Source of the DNA: Schizochytrium sp. TIO01
Taxonomy: Eukaryota > Protista > Bigyra: Labyrinthulomycetes
Length of the DNA: 64,000 bases
Direction of reading: 5' to 3'
Assembly: GCA_004764695.1 (NCBI GenBank)
Contig: SMSO01000014.1
Location: 3,343,648 to 3,407,647, forward strand
Shown piece by piece: positions 22,516-35,773 of the stretch (position 1 is the stretch's first letter; each line of letters begins with the position of its first letter). The notes under the pieces are model-generated. The model made no database searches and was not told the DNA's origin. It saw only the letters and a list, made by a program, of their open reading frames with translations. Both the position numbers and the translations under genes were made by a program.

Positions 22516-25500
22516 TTCGCGAGAACCAAGCTTCAAGTTCCAGTTAGGTCCCATCGTCCCGCCTCCCAAGTCAAGTCAGGCGTGAACGAACGAACCCCTG
22601 CTCTACCAGCTAGCGAGCACTTACTAACTAGGGTACTACGGCCTCGACTGGAGATTGAATTGCTCGTCACCGATAAGCTCTGAGGCAGCAGCCTCCTCCT
22701 CGCCGTTCACGAAGCAGGTACGCTAGGTCTGCTTCGCGAGACGAAAGACGCACGTAGCCGACATGTCGAGGTGGATGATAGGTGCTCGTGGGTTTTGAGT
22801 GAGCGGCTTGTGCAATTTAGGTAGTGCAGACCTTTTCAAGAAGAGATGGATAATCAATTGTGTGACGACTTCAAGATAGAACTAGAACTCGCACGCACTG
22901 GCCAGAGAAGGGAAGTGTCCAAAGAACCGCGCTTTGGAGTCCAAGAGGAAGCAAGCAAGGAGAAGGAAGGGACTGCTGTTGTCACCATTCTGAGGTTAGA
23001 ACCCCCTTCAAGTTGGTGATTGATTGGCTATCTCGCCACAGGCTGCGGAGCTTTGGGTCGGGTCGCGAATATGAATATCGAGCTCCACAAGCCATTCTTG
23101 CGCCAGACTCGTAGCTTGATTTGCGGCAAGCACCATTGGTGAAGCGAGCGAGCGAGCGAGCGAGCGAGCAAGCAAGCAGAGATAGACCGACAGAGGCTTC
23201 GATATCGATATCGCTGTGTTGGAAGGTGCTACTTGTATATGTCTTTTCAAATATTAATCGCTGCCTTCCTCTTCTAATAAGGTTGAAAGTCCCTCTTACT
23301 GCTTGCTTGCTATCCTACTAGCTAGCTAGTAGCCGATAGTCGCATGAGTTATGTGGGCGGTCCATTTATGTATCTATCTATGGTGATGGTGCTTCTTTAC
23401 TCTCATCATCAGCTTCAAGTTGCTCGTTCACTGCACGATATGAGTTGGCCAGTCGATCATTTCTGTGTCCCTTCGGCGCAGAGTGAGTCGTTAAGCTTGA
23501 GATTGCATCCCTCGGCAAAGCTTGGCCTATGGCGTTTTGCAAACAAAGCACGCGTTAAATAAGCGTAGCCTGCCTTCCCTCATTTTACAGAGCTGACGTG
23601 AGGACGCTTTTCGCTCCTTGGGCGTAGGTACCGTGAGGACGATGTGGACGACATGGACATCTTTCTGAGGGGATGATCTTGCAAAAGCTATCAGCCAGTC
23701 AGTCAGTCCACCGGCATGCCTTGGATAGCAGCAAAATCTGATCCCCGGAATATGTTAGGAGTTGGCGAATCGTTGCAGTGGATACTGCTACCTTTGACTT
23801 AGCCCTCAACTAGCTAGAAAAGTGACTAAAGTAAACATCATAGGCAAAGTAACTAGTCAGCTCCCGAAGAGGGTTCTCCTTGAAGGTGTTTGTTTCTGCA
23901 GTGTACTGATAAATATTGGTCTTGAGCGTGAACTAAGTTTTCGGAGAGTGTGAGCGACCATCGAAGTGGACAGGCAGTAGGAGGCAAATGCAGATTTGAC
24001 GTGGCGTTGACAGCAGAAGGTGTTGAAGGTTTTCTGGGCTGAGTCTTGGATTGGATTGAGCCTTGGACATTGATTTTTCTGCAGCTTCCTGACAGACTCC
24101 TCAAAACGCCTGTTCTGCTTCCCTTCGGCCGGGCAAGCTTTCCTTTCGGAAGAGACCAGTTAGTTGGCTGTGCTAAAACAATTTTCAATGACTAAAGGCT
24201 AACAATTGAATTGAGTTCTCCTTTTAAAAGAAAATAAACAAATGAGAAAATAATTTAGAAAATATTGTTTTTTAAAGTGAGATTGAATCATACATATTCT
24301 TGGATTTGTGGGACCCACCTTGGTATGGTCGGTTAGCGTAAGAAACAAGCACACATACTACCACCACTGCGTATTTTAAATAGAATATAAATCAGAACAT
24401 AATTAAATATATACATATACTTCCTACTACATGGATGACCAATACACTGTTGTAAATGTTCCCTTGCTGTCTATAAAATTTACAATCATACACTCCTTGC
24501 ACTAACCAATGTAACTTCAAGTCAAAGAAGGTTATTCATTTCATATTTCATGTATAATAATATATATTCCTAAATCTTGAACAAAGGGAGCTAATAGAAA
24601 TTGGATAAATTATAAATTCGTAAAGCAGTCATCTCAAAAGCCGTGCTTGTTGAATTTTTATTACGAGCATGCGCAAAGATGGAAAATAGTTGCTATACCA
24701 CAACCACTCATTTAAAGGCGTATTTACCCTCGACCAGATTCAGGTACTAAAGTTGAAAGACAACTAACCTATATTAAATTAATTTCCATCAGGACTGTTT
24801 AAAATTATAAAATGTTAAAATTTGCATCTTGTATTTAAGAGCTAGTAATCATCAAACTGCACACCCAAAATCCAGCCATTTTACAAGACTCATTCGAATG
24901 CTTTTTGCTGTTACACAATGCATCTAACCAAAAGCATACCCTCCCTTCAAAAACTCATCTCGATGGTGTTTGGTTCGCTTTGCGTAACCACCTTTTCGAC
25001 AAGCAAATATATTGCACAAGCCTCTGCAGGGAGGTCAATTGCAAGTAGCTTTGGTCAGGACAAGTTGCCATGGTAGAATAAGCACAACAAATTTCAACGA
25101 ATACACGCTCGCAGGCTAGTCAGAGATCTTACAAAGTGCTGGACCACGAGATGTGGAACTTGCACATGTTAATACTTTCCATTATAATATTCGTTTTGAT
25201 TATTCACAGTTTCTAGTATTGCAAACGATTTCGAGGAATGCCAACCATTGACTGATGGCGAGTTGTATTTCCTTTGGCTTAGGAGGCCGGTGTAAATCCT
25301 CGGAAGATTAAGCAAGGCTTAAATATCGATTTGAACGTCAAAGGCGCATCGTTCGCAACTAAATTCGCTCGTGTGTCGAATATTTCGTTGCTGAAGACAC
25401 CAAGCTGCTACACAGTTTATATTAAGTGGGAGTGTCTCCGAGAACATCTGAAGGTAATTCATTCCATCAGAGGTTACCGTTCAGGGGCGTTCCCCAAGCC

Positions 25501-28500
25501 AAAAAGAATTTGAAATCGTGCGAGCTTAAAAAAACCTCAAGACATTTCACTCGTACGATGCTCACATCTATCTCGCGCAATAATCAAGTCTACAGATGCT
25601 ATAAGCGCATACGAACGAACAAATATTGCTTTTTCTGGCCGGTGTTGAACGAGTAGCCAACTCTTTGAAATTTTAAAAGTTTTAAACAAAAAATAAATAT
25701 ACATCTATGATAAACTTGAAGGGAAATAGTCTTTTCATAAGTTCAAGTTCGAAACCTGAACAGAGACGAAATAAAAATATTTTTATACTAGGGTCTAAAA
25801 GAAAAGGGAAAACAAAAACAAAAAGAAAAAAGGTCGGTATTGAAAATCTCGGAGAATTGCAAATGATGTCTCTTTCAAATGCAAGGTCTCGGTCATTTGC
25901 ACAAAGAGCTCAAAAAACGCCGACAGGAAGACACTGTGCTGGTCATTCAAGCAAGGCTGTTGTACATCAGGGGCAGAGAAGCGGCGCAGGCTTACGTAGC
26001 TCTTCTTGCAGTCCTCGGGGGATGCTGCTTGCTTCAGGAAATGGAGTTGGTGGAGCTTGTTTTGGCGGCTTAAGACGTGCACTCTGCCAAAGCTTTGCGC
26101 CTCGTGGATAATCCAACGAGAGAAATGCTGAAGTTTCCCCAGTTTTGAAGGGTCCATGCAGAAGAAAGGAAGTAAAAAAATAAAAGGAAGAAAAAAGGAA
26201 AGAGATAGGTTAGATTATTAGGTATAGTCGTTTGAGAGACCGAGTTGAACAGAAATATGTTTATTTTCTAACCTTGGCACTCAAGCTTAACTTGAATTTG
26301 ATTGAGCTGGGCATTTTCATGATACCTTCACCCTCTCCACGTTGCGCTAAACCCACTTCCGAGTCCTGGTGTCTCCGAGATTCTCACTGGGTGACAGCAA
26401 TGTCTGTCTGTTAATGTGCGAAGAGGAGGCATACGTGCTGGCCCCAGCTTCCGTTTCTTGATTTACAACACGTCGTGGCGCGTAATCCATCCTGTCACCT
26501 TATCATCCTCTAATCAAGAAAAGTAGGGGAGAAGCATGTGGTGCGAGCTCGTCCCTTGTGTCCACTAGCTGGACGCGCCGCAAGCCACAGGACCTCTTTC
26601 AATGCTTGAGCACACAACCGAATGCCCTGGTTGCCGCTTGAAGAAGGTAGTCAAAGGCAAGAAATGCAGCTTGTGGCGAGCGATTCGCATATCCACATTT
26701 TCGAATGTTTCAACTTGAACTAGAATTTCGTAGCTTAAAAAAAAAAAAAGGAGTAAAAAACCCTTTTTTAAAGTTTAAGTTACTTTAAAATTTAAAACAA
26801 TTTTAAATCGCATCTATTTATCGTAATACCTACCTGCTAGGCAGTCAAACTAAGCCTGCTTCTATTAGTTAGCAAAGCAAGAAAACCAACCAACCGACGA
26901 CTCGGATCCTAAAGCTCTTTTTGCTGACTTTGGACGATCTGTGGCGGCCTTGCCCTCTGTTTAAACTGCGTCTTGCGCGCGCGGAACCCGGCCACCATCT
27001 GCCTGCAGACGGGCATTCAGATTGACGACACTGGTTCCTGGTTCCTGGAACCTTGGAACTTGGTAACTTTGGCTAGCGGAACTAGTAAATGCCCATTTAT
27101 GGTAAACTGTAGAGCTGGTATGCACTGCATTTAGGAGGTGCGAAATAGCAATTAACACCACCTCCCACCACAACACAGCTTCATACAAAGTTAGAGGGTA
27201 AAAGGAAAAGAGTAAATAAAACAAAACGTTTTTTAATGTGAAAGAGTCAAGATGATAGAATACTGTAAGTAGGGAGGTAGGTAGCAGGGAAAAGAAAATG
27301 CCTGCAAACTGATGGATTTTCGAAATACGTAGTACTGGTTACTGTACTACCCATCAGTCAGAGCCTTTGCACAGAGACAAATACTTCGAGAGAAGGACCC
27401 CAAAGTTTGCAGCGCTATCTCTTTCCGCGCGTACTTCTTGAACTGCGGTTGTTGTTGTTGTATAGTAGTTTTGTTTTGTTTTGTTTTGTTTTTCTCTGCT
27501 GCTTTCTAAATGCTTCGAGCTGTGTCGTTCGTAGTTTCTTTGGTCTTGTGATAGCCGCGACCGCGTTGCTGCGTCCATTTGCTGCTTCTGCGTGCTGCTT
27601 CTGTGCAGTCCGCTGGGTTGCTGTCTGTTTGGTACACTGATTGATTCGCACACGCTAAAGCGCCTCTCACTTCGGGCCTCCGCCTTCGAAGGGTGCGGAC
27701 CAGCCATGATTCGCATCAATTTTGTCTCAAACTCGTCAATTCATTTCTCCGAAGAACTTGGATCTGGAGTCGAGGTCACCAGCCGGCTTGAAATTAAGTC
27801 TGTGCAGCCAAGGCTAAGGGCGACCTCCTCCATTCACGTGTTATGAAACCTTCCCGAGAAGTCAAGAGCAAATGACGGACAGCCAAGTCGATCGATCGCG
27901 AGAATTTCATTCTCGCGAACACGACGAATCTTGAAACCCATCATCAAAAATCACCGACGATGAATGATGCCTAGATATGTGTGCTGAATGCTTTCGCTCA
28001 CGGTTCGCTACGGGGGTGCAGCTGGTAGGTAGGTGGTACGTAAGTATAGGCGGCAAACCAGAATGAAAGGAAAGAGAAAAGAAAAAAAAAGGCAGGAAAA
28101 AAGAAAAAGTCAAACTACAACAAGTGAATCCACTGACTGCAGATGATGCTTTCTTTATGAAGAGCTGCTTCTCATGAAAAACTCGTGGCTGACTTAGATT
28201 TTTTGGTTTGGAGCAATCGTGCCGGCGGAATCCGATTGAAACTCTACATGTTCAAGACAAGCTCGCCCCTCCTCGAGGAAATGGAAGTAGGGAGCATGCA
28301 AAAGAGGCAGTAGAAGCCAGGCGTTTGCCCTGAAATTTAGCGCTCATCAGTTCAAGTAATCACCGCCTCGAGAGCTCGAGCTTGGCCAATGAAGATCGAA
28401 ATTCACGAGATCAATTCTCCAGCGTCAAGAGCTAGCCAGGCAAAGTCAGTAGCCGCGAGGCCCTTGCGCACTGCTGCTGCTGCTGCTGCTGCTGCGATTT

Positions 28501-30123
28501 CTGTGCTGGCAGAGGTGGTCATTGGGAGCTATGGAGCCTTGGAAAATCGTTATTAAGTTTCAAATCTAAAGCTATAGGCTTCGTTGTTCTGCGGCGGTTG
28601 GCGATCGGTGATTCGTCAGATTACGTAGATACATACATACATACCTAGTTTGTAACAAAGTTCAATCTTAAAATTTAACGCCAGAGATGCAAGGCATGAG
28701 AAAACCAGGACAACGCAAGAGGGACGAAGAGCAGTATCAAAAGCACCAGGGGGTGCGGGGCAGACGGAGAGCGCGCGAAGGTGATAGATGGCCCTGCGGT
28801 GGGGAGGATTTATGATCCAAATGAGGTCCCGCTTTCGATAAGTTTTTCGATTTTTCATTTTGTTGACCTGAATTGTAAATTTTAAAAAAACATTTTTTAA
28901 AAATGAAAACAGTGTTTTTCCTTTCTTTAAAATAAAAATAAACAGTGGTACCCAGTACATGACTAGTATGTAATTCTGAAAAGCAGGGTTTTAAAGCTCA
29001 GGTCTCCTTAGCCCCTTGGTGATCGTAGCGTACCTCCCATATACAGGTCCTACCTGCATACTATGGTACACAAATGTTAAAAGAATATGTCTGATTGTTA
29101 CAGCCGCCCAGCTAGTACCTCATAGCACAGAAAGAGAGGGCTGTGAAAGTAACGAAAAGGGAAGGCGAACTGCCTGAGATGTGAAAGATGAAAAGAAAGA
29201 ATAGCAGGCACGGTTTCGACAAAAAGTAAAAGAAAAACTGAAAGAAAAAAGTTGCCAAAAGCAAGTTGGGAGCTCAGGCAACTTGGCTTTCTCGCGGTGA
29301 AAATGCGCGGTGTTTGAGGTGACCTCGGCGCGCACCTGTCTAAATGGTGGGGGCACGAGGCTCGAGCCGACACATTGGCTCAGCCACGCTGACCTCGAGC
29401 GCGTTCACGGCGATGGTAAGAATTCGAGCGAACGGGTGAGGGGTCGAACTTCGCATGAGTGGAATGCTGGATGGATAGAACATGACTCAGCAAGTTGAAT
29501 TATGAGTAGTTCTACCTTCTTTCTTTCGTTCTTGGAAATAAGATTTAAAAAAATTAAAAACGATTATAGGTAATCTTTGATTTTATTTTAAAAAAGCTAA
29601 ACAAATAGGATCTTAAAACTCTCAGGATTAGAATAATCGTGAATGATGAAGAACCGCAAGCGAAAGGCGAAGGACCTCCGGATTCTCGCACCCCGAAGAG
29701 GCTCTCGGCAGCTCAGCGCTCGTCCTGACTAGATTTAAATTCTCCGCGAGGCCAATGTGCCGCAAGCCACGGTCTGCGGGAGTAGCCATGAGAACGAACG
29801 AATACCTTGGTTCGTCTGGAGAGGAGAGCCGAAGATCATCATCCTTTTCCAAAGACCGCCCATCGTTTTATAGAAATAAATTATTTAATAATGCTCGAAT
29901 GGGGAGTGAACAGACAAATATCTAAGCGAGCCTATTCTAAACTGTAGCACCCCCCGTGTCTATGATAAGACCGTGACTATTATTGCCTTGGTTTCCGCGG
30001 CCAAGTTTTCCTGCCTACAGCCACGAGGAAGTTGGCCATTGACGCTGCGCTGTGAGAGGAAGATGGCCAAGGACACAAGGATACTTGCGCTCTACAAAGT
30101 GGTGACTGCTTAGTTTATTGAAG

Positions 30124-30158
30124 ATTGATTGACTGATTGACTGACTGACTGACTGACT
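30124..30158. repeat. (GATT/GACT)n microsatellite upstream of AOX
   Basis: Directly visible; similar tracts at ~48918-48965, ~59843-59906 and ~61298-61330. Confidence 0.8.
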
Positions 30159-30540
30159 GTGATGCGATGTGATGGATCAATCGTGGCGATACTTATGCAA
30201 GTGCTAAGAACTTCCCGAAAGCAAAGAAAATTGGAGGGCCATCCAACCCACAGGCGGTAGGGTTCATTTAAGAGAAAAGGTAGGGGTGGAAGCCCGTACT
30301 GGTGAGCAGGAAGGTGAGTTTTGCATGAAGAGCAGCACAACGAAAGTGGCAGCAGAAGCAAACCCGCAACTCATCGCAACAGCGATAAGCTCAAGAGCAA
30401 AAGAAGAAACCTCAAAGCATTCGAAGCCGCGAGACAAGAATAGCAAACCCCAAACTCAGGGATTTCGATCGAAGACTCACAATAGCAATAGCGATAGCAA
30501 GAAGCACTAGAGAAGTCCAAGTCTCTACAAAGTAGTTAAG

Positions 30541-31518
30541 ATGCTCGCAACCAAGATGATGGCGCAGCGCGGAATGCGCAACATGGGAGCTCGCAACGTG
30601 CTCAACAAGGAAATGAACAACTTCATGCGCACGGCAGCCCAGACCCGCAAGTTTAGCGCGGTCGACAACCGTAAGTACGCATGGGTTGCGATTGAGGCCG
30701 AAGAACTGATTGCCAAGGCTTACGAGCGCCACAAGAAGTACGAGGGTACTGGCCACAGTTTCCCGCCCTCGCTCTCATGTGAGGACCTTGAGTCCCTTGG
30801 TACCCCGTACCACTACGAGCCCAAGCTCATTTCGGACAAGATCGCCTACTACACCGTGAGCGTTCTCGAGAAGTTCATGTTCCTCTTCTTCAGAGAAAAG
30901 TACGACCACCATGCTGTGTGTCTTGAGACCGTCGCAGCTGTGCCGGGTATGGTCGCTGCTGCTCACCGTCACTTCCGCTCCCTTCGTACCATGAAGCGTG
31001 ACCACGGCTGGATTGCCCCGCTCACCGAGGAGGCTGAGAACGAGCGTCTCCACCTTCTCATCTGGATGCAGCACACCCAGCCGACCTTCATTGAGAGGAT
31101 GTTTGTCGGTGTGGCCCAGGCTGCCTTTGTTACCTTCTACACTGGCTTCTACGTCGTGTCTCCCCGCACTGCTCACCGTGCGGTTGGCTACCTTGAGGAA
31201 GCTGCCCACCAGGCCTACAACGACTTCTTGGAGGCCATTGATGAGGGCAAGATCCCCAACGTGCCTGCCTTGAAGATCGCCAAGAACTACTACCACCTCC
31301 CGGACGATGCTATGCTCCGCGATGTTGTTTTGCACGTTCGTGGAGATGAGTGCATGCACCGTGACTTCAACCACCACCTCTCCGACCTCATCCACGACGG
31401 TGGCATTGACAAGCACCCGACAGAGATGATGGAGGAGGTCAACCTCATCATTGAGGCTAAGCAGAAGAGCAAGGAGGCCCGCGATGCCACTGACGCCAAC
31501 AAGGTTGCCACGAACTAG
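30541..31518 (+). CDS. AOX: Mitochondrial alternative oxidase (ubiquinol oxidase)
   Basis: Di-iron motifs LETVAAVPGMV, EEAENERLHL, GYLEEAA, VRGDECMHRDFNH; Arg/Met-rich transit-like N-terminus; strong C-ending codon bias. Confidence 0.97.
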   Translation: MLATKMMAQRGMRNMGARNVLNKEMNNFMRTAAQTRKFSAVDNRKYAWVAIEAEELIAKAYERHKKYEGTGHSFPPSLSCEDLESLGTPYHYEPKLISDKIAYYTVSVLEKFMFLFFREKYDHHAVCLETVAAVPGMVAAAHRHFRSLRTMKRDHGWIAPLTEEAENERLHLLIWMQHTQPTFIERMFVGVAQAAFVTFYTGFYVVSPRTAHRAVGYLEEAAHQAYNDFLEAIDEGKIPNVPALKIAKNYYHLPDDAMLRDVVLHVRGDECMHRDFNHHLSDLIHDGGIDKHPTEMMEEVNLIIEAKQKSKEARDATDANKVATN

Positions 31519-32331
31519 ACTTGAAAATTAGTTCCCGAGCACCGATGCGCAGAAAGTTTCGTCCAATGACTGCGATCCTTTTTGTACGCACAAAACCTAA
31601 CCTTCAAAACACCTTCCCACCAGAAAAAGCTAAAAAGGATGCATGTACATACTGCCACCCCGTCCGCGTGAAGTTGCTACATGCATAATCACAAGTCAGT
31701 CCTTAAACAAGCCAGCTCCAGCTGCCCTAGCAACCCTACCTATCATTGGTCCCGTGCGGACAGAAGAATGCTAGCCTGTAACAAACAATTTTCTATTCTT
31801 CTTCAAGTTTCTTTCTGAAGTCACTCCTTGACCGCAAACTAAAATGTGTCCACATCTTGTCCAAAGACCCCATATTCTCAAAAGTCTGCTCAGTTTACTT
31901 GTTTTCTAAATCCCGCGCTTTCAGCAACTATTACGAGACTTGGCATCTTTTTCTTTAATAATAAAATAAAGATATGGTCTGGTTTGGTCTGTCTTTCATC
32001 TCATCGCACATGTATCAGACTAAAGTTACATATCTTTGTTCACCGGTCTATGTCCAATATCTTCACGTGCCTTCGCGACAATATACTCCCTGATTAGGAA
32101 AGCTGGAACTAGAAAAGCTTACCAGTCCCTGCCTAGGAGGTAGGTAGTACAACTAGTAATTTATTACCACAAAGTAAAGGAAGAGAATCTGAACAACGCA
32201 ATCTGAACAACGCAAAGTTACGAGGACACGACTGGTTTGTCCCTAGAAGGTTAGCTCCCAACGGAAACCTAGCTCTTCAAAGAGTAGAAGGGATCACCTC
32301 GTACTTTCTTAGGTTTTTTTTTCTATATAAA

Positions 32332-35300
32332 ATGGCTAAGAGTAAAAACACTGCGATGATAAGTAAATTTAGAGAAGACCCCCAGGCGCCGGAGAAGCAA
32401 GCAAACTTGCTCGCGATGGGCAAGAAGCGCGTGCATCCCGCTGGGAGCGGGCGACGCAGTGATAGCTCTAGAAGTGAAGGGAATCCCGGCCAGAGTGAAG
32501 GTGTATTGAGAAATGCTAGCGGTGATGTGCCAACGGGTATGCCAATCCAGGCGCTGGTCAAAGTCTCTGACCAGCACGCTGTAGGCGCCCGCAAAACAGC
32601 AGCGGCTCATGGACAAACAGATGTGAGATTTTCGAAAAACAAGGTGTCGGTGGAAGGCCAGGAGTACGACTTTGATTTTGTGTTTGGACCTGAAGCTGGC
32701 GAGAAACAAATTATTGAACGATCCCTTAAACCGCTTGTGAAAAGCTCTTGCCGATGGAGTCTCGGCCTCACTTATTGTACTTGGGTCGTATGGGAGCGAG
32801 AAGAATGCAATGGTGGAAAAATTCCTACCCACAATGGTTCAAGACCTTTTCGCGAACCTCCACCGCGCTCAGGGTGGGAAGCATCAGGCATCGAACTTCC
32901 AAGTCAAAGTTAAAGCCTTTGAGATTTGTGATGAGGTCATCCAAGACATGTTTAATGCAGAGAATCGAGACCTCAGCATTATTCACGATCCTCTAGAAGG
33001 CTATGTTGTTAGTCAGTGTAGTATGCGTGGGCCATACCGCAATGTTGAGGATGTCATCGACGTTTTGGTAGACTCATTCAACTCAAGAACGTCAGGAATG
33101 ACTGATTTTGGACCAGCAAGTAGGCATACAAGTACAATGTGGCAGATTGACGTCGAGCAGAACCATCACCAGCGGCATCTACGCTCAAGGTTGATTTTAG
33201 CTGAGGTTGCTGGCACAGACAAACTAGCTGAGGATCGTTCTGTAATTCGTGCTCGTGAAGGTCCTTCACTTGGCAAATCAGTACTGACACTACAATCAGT
33301 GGCGGAGTCCCTTGAGCGTGGGGAACAAGACTATGCTTTATTTAGTGAATCTAAATTGACACAATTATTAGAAGACTCGCTAGCGGGGAACTGCATCACT
33401 TTAGTTTTAGCTTTGGCCAAACAGGGGGAAGGTGAAGCAACAGCAGCGACTTTACAGCTCGCGGAAATGCTCCGCGAAGGGTCTACTTACCCAGCAATTA
33501 ATGATGAGCGCGTGCAAGGTTTGCTGCGGCGTTATCGTTTACAAATTAACCGCCTTCGCGACGAGATTTCTATTCGTGCTGGACGTGGTGGGGGCACCAT
33601 CAGTAGGAACGGATCTGTCGAAGATGCACAGGAGCTCACGGTCAAGCTGCATGAGCTTGAAGGACGTGTGGTCCGAGACAACCTGGAAAAGCTTCGAATG
33701 AAAGAAGAAAAGGAGAAAATATACGGGAAACTTGTGGAATTCCGAGAAAAGTATAATAAACTTGTGGAGCAGAAATCTTCTATTCAAGCAGCCTCTATCA
33801 AGGGCGAGGAAGAAAAGCTAAAGATTTCGAAAGCTCTTCTTGATCTCCGGATTGAGAACAATAAACTTGTAGAGCGTGCAGAAGCGGAAAAATACGAATT
33901 AGTCACAAAACTTCTTAACGCAGAAAATGAAGTCTTGCAGTATGAGATGAGGCAAGAATCGCACGAGAAAACTATGACTACTCTCAAACAAGACCTTCAA
34001 GAGGCTAATCAGTCCTCTGAAGGTTTCAAATCTGACCTCATCCAACTCAAAGATAGTTACACGCGTCTCGAAACTCAGTTCAAAGAGGAACTCACCAAAA
34101 ATGAAGAGCTTGGCGTAGAACTTCTTACACTAGTGAATCAGAAAAATGCGTTGTTACGTGAAGCCGAAGAGTTGCGAAGAGAGCGTGCTGCATTAGAGGA
34201 AGAAAAGGGCCAGGGTGATGCAAAGTGGTCTAAACTCACCAGTGAGAGAGCTACCCTGGAAGACGACTTGGCAAATGAGAGGCAAATCAGTGAGGAACTT
34301 CGCGCAGAAAAGCTTAAAATCCAGCTTGAACTGCAGCGTAAACAGGTCGAATTCGAGACCCAAAAATTAGACTTGGAACGCAATGCTGCAGACTACAATA
34401 GGGAGCGCGATAGCGAGGTTTCTCAGTTGAAGACACGTTTGGAGGCTGAGATGAAGCGGAATGAAACACAACGCGAACATCTTGACGCAGAAGCTCGAGA
34501 ACTGCGGAGTTCTTTCAAAAGTTCCACGCGCAGGATAAAAGACCTAGAAACACAACTTTCTGAAAAAACGGAAGAGTTATCTCTTCTACGCGCAGAAAAC
34601 ACCCGTCTTGATGAGAAGATTAATACAATCACAGAAGACTACCGGAATAAGCTTCTCGATCAGCTCAATGTAGGAAGCACGCTTGATGACCATTCATCTC
34701 TTGCAACCTCCTCGATCCTTGAAGCAGCGGACAAAGAACGCGAAGGGCTTCAATCAGAGCTAGTGCAAACATTCAAGAATCGTGAATCAGAGCTTGAAAA
34801 ACGTGTACGAACTTTGCAACAAACGAACCAGCGCATTGTGGAAAAGAATCGTACGCTGTTCTCACGCTACTCAGCTCTACGCTTTAAGCTTCAAGACATG
34901 GAAGTAGACACAGACAAGGTTGAGCTCCTTCAAACTTCTGCAGCATCGGAGGACTCTGACCTTAAGGTAGAGTCGTCACAAATTGAAGAGCAGTTGCGGC
35001 ACGAAATCGTTCAAATCAAACAACGGCTAGAAAAGGCAGGGTCTGATCTTCAAGCTGCTCAAGAAAAAAATATCACCTTAGCGGCCTCGATCAAGCGTAT
35101 CCACCGCGAGCAAGAAGTCCGTATCGCAGATCTCCAGGCTGAAATTAAAATGCTTGAACGTCAGAAAGCTAATCTCGAAGAAGAAAACCACAATATAAGC
35201 CAGAGAAATGGTGGCTCAGGCCATGGCGGGAACGACGCAGAGACAGCAAAGCGCATGCAGGAGATTCAAGATAAACTTTTAGAAAAAATCGAAGAACTAC

Positions 35301-35773
35301 AGTCTGCATCTGCAAATCAGAACAGGTCCAGAAACCAGGCGTCGTCACCGGATCTTGAAAAGGAAAATCGTGACCTCCAAGACCAAGTGGATCGTTACAA
35401 AAGAGAACTTGATAAGACTCGTCGAATGTCGTCACCATTTCCACCAGGTGCAGATGAAGAAGAGCTGAGGCGTTTGCGCGAAGAGAATGAGAAGCTTCGC
35501 AAATTGTACTCCCAGCAGGCTACTAGCAGGGGCGTTAGACCAACAAGCCCTCGTCTAGATTCGCGAGTGTCACCAGGTATGATAGATTCTTCTGCTGCAT
35601 CCCCAAAGCTCAGTGGTCGCCAGTATGCTGATCTTTTAACGCGTGCAACTGTGGCTGAAGAAGAGTTGGAGAATTACAAAACTTATCTCAAGGAGTCACT
35701 TGCTCGGTCCCAAAGAGAAATCAAAAAGCTAAAAGAGGAGCGCGACATGTGGAAGCAGCGTGCTGGAGGTTGA
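32332..35773 (+). CDS. CCDC78: Degenerate kinesin motor domain fused to CCDC78-like coiled-coil protein; one +1 frame break at ~32740-32743
   Basis: Frame 1 has kinesin YDFDFVFGP..LKPLVK. Removing one A joins it to ALADGVSASLIVLGSYGSEKN and the 987-aa ORF (LAEVAGTD, SKLTQLLEDSLAGNCIT). EEEKLKISKALLDLRIENNKL..AEKYEL and LLTRATVAEEEL..Y..REIKKLK resemble the conserved blocks of CCDC78 (recalled). Start codon uncertain. Confidence 0.78.

Noticed and set aside
28321-28360. Hammerhead-like CTGATGAG on the minus strand (also CTGATGA at ~12877)
   Set aside because: No correctly placed GAAA core or stems I/III.
30775-31416. 213-aa antisense ORF over AOX
   Set aside because: Expected by-product of strong codon bias on the sense strand; no recognisable motifs.
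32186-32214. 14-bp direct duplication aatctgaacaacgc upstream of the kinesin gene
   Set aside because: Two copies only; a simple slippage duplication with no supportable function.
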